Below are positions 60,765-64,000 of a DNA stretch of 64,000 bases, piece by piece (within the stretch, counting starts at the first letter, position 1; each line of letters starts with the position of its first letter). Source of the DNA: Candidatus Marinacidobacterales bacterium (lineage in GTDB: Bacteria > Acidobacteriota > Vicinamibacteria > Marinacidobacterales > DATDRI01); assembly GCA_965226495.1 (NCBI GenBank), contig OZ245365.1, positions 1,408,001 to 1,472,000 on the forward strand. The letters run 5' to 3'. The translations under genes and the position numbers were made by a program. The notes under the pieces are model-generated. The model worked only from the letters and a program-made list of their open reading frames with translations. It had not been told where the DNA came from and ran no database searches.

Positions 60765-61882
60765 TCGGGCGTTCCTTCCGGGTCGCGACCATTTTCGGGA
60801 TCCCCATCAAGGTCGACCTTTCCTGGTTGGTGATGGTCGTGCTGCTGACGGCAACGCTGGCCGTCGCGTTTTCGCGTGACCACCAAGCCTTGGGATGGCC
60901 GTCGTGGGTCTTGATGGGCCTCGCTTCTGCGATGCTTCTCTTCGGCTCGGTGCTTGCCCACGAGCTGTCACATGCCTTGGTTGCGCTCCGCGAGGGGATT
61001 GGCATGCGGGGGATTACGCTGTTCATCTTCGGCGGTGCAGCGGAGATGATCGATGAGCCACCGAGCGCGAAGGCGGAGCTCAAGGTCGCCGTTGCGGGTC
61101 CAGCGATGAGTCTTGCGCTGGCTGTTGGTTTCGGCGGCTTGTACTCGGTTGGCCTGGGATGGTTTCACGAGTCGGTGCTAGGGGTTGTTAAACACCTGGC
61201 CCTTATGAATGCGATCCTGGTGGCCTTCAACCTGGTGCCGGGCTTCCCGTTGGACGGCGGAAGAGTCTTGCGGGCCTTGCTATGGGGAATCTGGGGGAAT
61301 CTCCGGGTCGCGACCCGCACCGCCAGCGTCGTGGGTTCCGGGTTTGGTGTTCTCATTATGTTGTTGGGCGTCGTCTACGTCGTACCCTTTGGAAATCTCA
61401 TCGGCGGAATCTGGTATCTCTTCATCGGACTTTTTCTTCGCAACGCGGCGCGCGCGAGTTACCAGCAGATGTTGGTGAGGGACGTCCTAAAGGGTGTCAA
61501 GGCCGCCGACCTCATGAGCCGGGAAGTACTCTCGGTGTCGCCGGATGCGACTCTCGAGGAGATCGTAGAGCGTGTGGTCTTGCCGTCTGGGGTGACGAAT
61601 CTCCCCGTCCTCGAAGACAGCAGGCTGGTGGGGCTACTCGGGCTTCGAGAGATCCAAGCCGTCGAGCGCTCTCGGTGGAGTCAGGTGCGGGCGAGGGAGA
61701 TCATGCGGCGAGATTCTCTTGCGCAGGTCGTGTCGCCAGAGGACGATGCCACTCTGCTGCTTTCCATGGTTGTAAGCGACGATACCTTGATTCCGGTCAT
61801 GGATGGTGAAACGTTGGTTGGGCTGGTGACGCGCCCGGACTTGATGAGACGGCTCAAATTGCGAATGGAGCTGCCGTCCTAG
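60761..61882 (+). CDS. Site-2 protease (M50) with CBS domains
   Basis: HELSH, AGP, FNLVPGFPLDGGR, two C-terminal CBS repeats. Confidence 0.93.
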   Translation: MIGRSFRVATIFGIPIKVDLSWLVMVVLLTATLAVAFSRDHQALGWPSWVLMGLASAMLLFGSVLAHELSHALVALREGIGMRGITLFIFGGAAEMIDEPPSAKAELKVAVAGPAMSLALAVGFGGLYSVGLGWFHESVLGVVKHLALMNAILVAFNLVPGFPLDGGRVLRALLWGIWGNLRVATRTASVVGSGFGVLIMLLGVVYVVPFGNLIGGIWYLFIGLFLRNAARASYQQMLVRDVLKGVKAADLMSREVLSVSPDATLEEIVERVVLPSGVTNLPVLEDSRLVGLLGLREIQAVERSRWSQVRAREIMRRDSLAQVVSPEDDATLLLSMVVSDDTLIPVMDGETLVGLVTRPDLMRRLKLRMELPS

Positions 61883-62172
61883 AGGCACGCGGCAAGCACG
61901 TAGACCGCGGCGCAAATCAAAAGGATCGGTAAGAAAAGAGGCAACACCACGAGGCCGATAGCGAGGCACGTTAGAAGGAAAAGCAGCAACAGCAACTTGA
62001 CCGGAAAAAGCACCAGCTCTGCCAACCCGGAAGCGAGTGCCCCCAGAAGCTTCGCCGGTAACAGAAGCAAGGCGAACAGGAGTTTGAAGCCCACCCAAAG
62101 CAGCCCAGACGCAATCGCGGCTAGGGTGACAACCACCGCGAATGCAACCACGCTCAAGAGTACTAGCTCCAA
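61879..62172 (-). CDS. Small hydrophobic membrane protein
   Basis: 97 aa, almost entirely hydrophobic; GGAG RBS before TTG. Confidence 0.5.
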   Translation of the reverse strand: MELVLLSVVAFAVVVTLAAIASGLLWVGFKLLFALLLLPAKLLGALASGLAELVLFPVKLLLLLFLLTCLAIGLVVLPLFLPILLICAAVYVLAACL

Positions 62173-62185
62173 GTAACGTCTCCTC

Positions 62186-62270
62186 TTCCTTTATCCCTCT
62201 CCCTTTGGGAGAGTTAGGCGTCAAGAAATGGTGTGCCCGTGGTGAACGTGGTCAGACGCCGGGTGAGGGC
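62186..62270. repeat. REP-like element with internal GGCGTC...GACGCC insert
   Basis: Homologous to 48062-48161. Confidence 0.75.
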
Positions 62271-62281
62271 CCACCATCCCC

Positions 62282-62470
62282 TCTCTAGATCTATACGAGC
62301 GGGGAGATACAGGGGTTCCGCCAGAAGTTAGTAAAGCCATTGAGAGTCTTCGAGCCGCCGCCGAGCAGGAAGGGAAGGAACTCCTCAAGAAAGCCTCGGA
62401 GGTCCTCGAGCGATCGTACCGGGTCGAGACTCTCATTACCGAAGGCGCGCCGGCGAGGGTGGTATTGAAA
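62282..62470 (+). pseudogene. Universal stress protein-like fragment without a start codon
   Basis: Frame reads ...AAAEQEGKELLKKASEVLERSYRVETLITEGAPARVVLK; bounded by REP-like elements. Confidence 0.5.
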
Positions 62471-62479
62471 GATGGCTTC

Positions 62480-62523
62480 CTTCAGTTACTCCCTCTCCCT
62501 CAGGGAGAGGGTCGGGGTGAGGG
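62480..62523. repeat. REP-like palindromic element
   Basis: CCCTCTCCC-TCA-GGGAGAGGG-TCGGGGTGAGGG. Confidence 0.78.
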
Positions 62524-62569
62524 TGGTTGTGAATACTCAAGTGCTGATTTCATTGTTGCGTGCCACTAG

Positions 62570-63088
62570 TTAGGAAATCGGCAAATAGCGTTCCTCGAGA
62601 ACCTGCCGGTGGTGGATCTCGTGACCGGCAATGATGTACGGCAGGGCGCGCACGCTGAACTCGAACCCGCTGGCGACGCCCTTTCTCGTCCAACTCGCCT
62701 CGTCGAAGCTCTTGAAGAGCACTACATGAGATTTCCTCACCACGCGCAGCTCATCGGCGAGGTCCGGTAAAGGACGGTCCGCGGCATTTGAGAATTCTGC
62801 GTACTGGTCCTGCTCGAACGAAGGCAGTTGCGCGGGGTCCTTCCTCGCGAAGCAAAGAGCGCGATAGGCGAAGGTTCTTTCGGTGTCGATGACGTGGCCT
62901 ACCACTTCCTTGATGCTCCACTTCTCGGGCGCGTAGCGGTGATCCGCCTGCTCCGGCGGAATTCCCGCCAGCAGGGACAGTGTTTCCTCTACTTGATCGT
63001 CGAGCACGCGAATGATGTCGCCGTCTGGAACCTTCTCGATGTACCTCCCATAGTACTCGTGGTGCTCGGACGCCTGCGGTCGTTTCAT
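62570..63088 (-). CDS. DinB family protein
   Basis: KWSIKEVVGHVIDTER, IAGHEIHH; start MKRP at 63088 after GGAG. Confidence 0.9.
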   Translation of the reverse strand: MKRPQASEHHEYYGRYIEKVPDGDIIRVLDDQVEETLSLLAGIPPEQADHRYAPEKWSIKEVVGHVIDTERTFAYRALCFARKDPAQLPSFEQDQYAEFSNAADRPLPDLADELRVVRKSHVVLFKSFDEASWTRKGVASGFEFSVRALPYIIAGHEIHHRQVLEERYLPIS

Positions 63089-63243
63089 ATAGGATCTCCC
63101 CTTGCCCCTCCAGATGCATGTTCCCAAAATTAGTGCGTTCGCGCTGCCTTTTCCAGATCCACTTACCCAGATCGGTCTAGGGCCACTCCTGGCGCTGGAA
63201 ACTGTAGAATAGCGCCATCCCACTGGCTAAAACGAGGAACGCT

Positions 63244-64000
63244 ATGGAATGGATTGAACGATGGAACCAAATTCTCAACATTCAAGTCGTGCAGGTCGGG
63301 GTCAATACCATTACCGTCCAGCACATCGTGATGTTTGCGATCGCCCTCTTCATGACCCGCTACCTCGCCCGCTCGGTGCGCAGGTTATTGGGCGATCACA
63401 TTCTGGCCAAACTCGACCCGGCGCCGCGATTCGTCATCATCCGAGTCGTTCAGTACGGGGTTTGGGTGGTAGGGCTCTTCATTGCCCTCGAGTTTCTCGG
63501 CATCGACCTGACGGCGCTGACGGTGGTGGCCGGTGCACTAGGCGTCGGCATCGGATTCGGCCTCCAGAGCGTGGTCTCCAATTTCGTCTCCGGCCTGGTG
63601 CTCCTTCTGGAACAGCCGATTCGAATCAACGATCGAGTTACCATCGAGAACGTCGAGGGCAACGTCGTCGATATCCACTTCCGCTCGACGACTATAGTGA
63701 CCAATGACAACATTTCCATCATCGTCCCGAATTCGCAGTTCATCAACCAGTCGGTCATCAACTGGTCCCACGGGGATCCGACGATCAGGATCCACGTTCC
63801 GGTTGGCGTGGCGTATGGCTCTGATGTGGAGCTCGTGGAGCGCACCCTTCAAGAGGTCGCGGCGGCCGACAAGGGTGTGCTCCAGCAGCCACCTCCGGAG
63901 GTGAGATTCACCGAGTTCGGGGACTCCTCACTGAACTTCGATCTCCTGGTCTGGAGCGACAACCCACCCCGTCACCTTCAATTGAGGAGCCGTCTCAACT
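63244..64000 (+). CDS. Small-conductance mechanosensitive channel MscS, 3' end beyond window
   Basis: Manual translation: GALGVGIGFGLQSVVSNFVSG, IIVPNS, VGVAYGSD, FGDSSLNF. Confidence 0.92.
   Translation, partial: MEWIERWNQILNIQVVQVGVNTITVQHIVMFAIALFMTRYLARSVRRLLGDHILAKLDPAPRFVIIRVVQYGVWVVGLFIALEFLGIDLTALTVVAGALGVGIGFGLQSVVSNFVSGLVLLLEQPIRINDRVTIENVEGNVVDIHFRSTTIVTNDNISIIVPNSQFINQSVINWSHGDPTIRIHVPVGVAYGSDVELVERTLQEVAAADKGVLQQPPPEVRFTEFGDSSLNFDLLVWSDNPPRHLQLRSRLN

Overview
A GC-rich bacterial chromosomal segment. It is probably from Acidobacteriota (Vicinamibacteria-like), inferred from the duplicated orphan ABC permease and gene style. Main content: a CIRCE-controlled hsp20-groES-groEL operon divergent from an archease-rtcB RNA-repair operon; an ABC permease disrupted by IS30; a P450/hydrolase pair; a TetR-controlled MMPL/LolA-like/outer-membrane-barrel system; a frameshifted flavocytochrome c; an S9 peptidase; a disrupted HNH gene; IS481; two amidohydrolases; a sugar phosphorylase; namZ; an ECF sigma/anti-sigma module; an M16 peptidase pair; maeB; icd; a reduced complex I-like operon (nuoABCDHIJKN plus ferredoxin, no nuoEFG, nuoL or nuoM); M48 and M50 proteases; DinB; and a partial MscS. 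The standout observation is in rtcB. It carries an in-frame TGA exactly at the catalytic metal-binding Cys (GFDIN-TGA-GVRLL), followed directly by a bacterial SECIS-like hairpin, so it is a candidate selenocysteine-containing RNA ligase. Two families of structured short repeats are also visible, one of which has inserted into a gene. Several single-gene frameshifts suggest some consensus errors, so single-base claims need read-level checking. All product calls come from motif recognition, not database searches.
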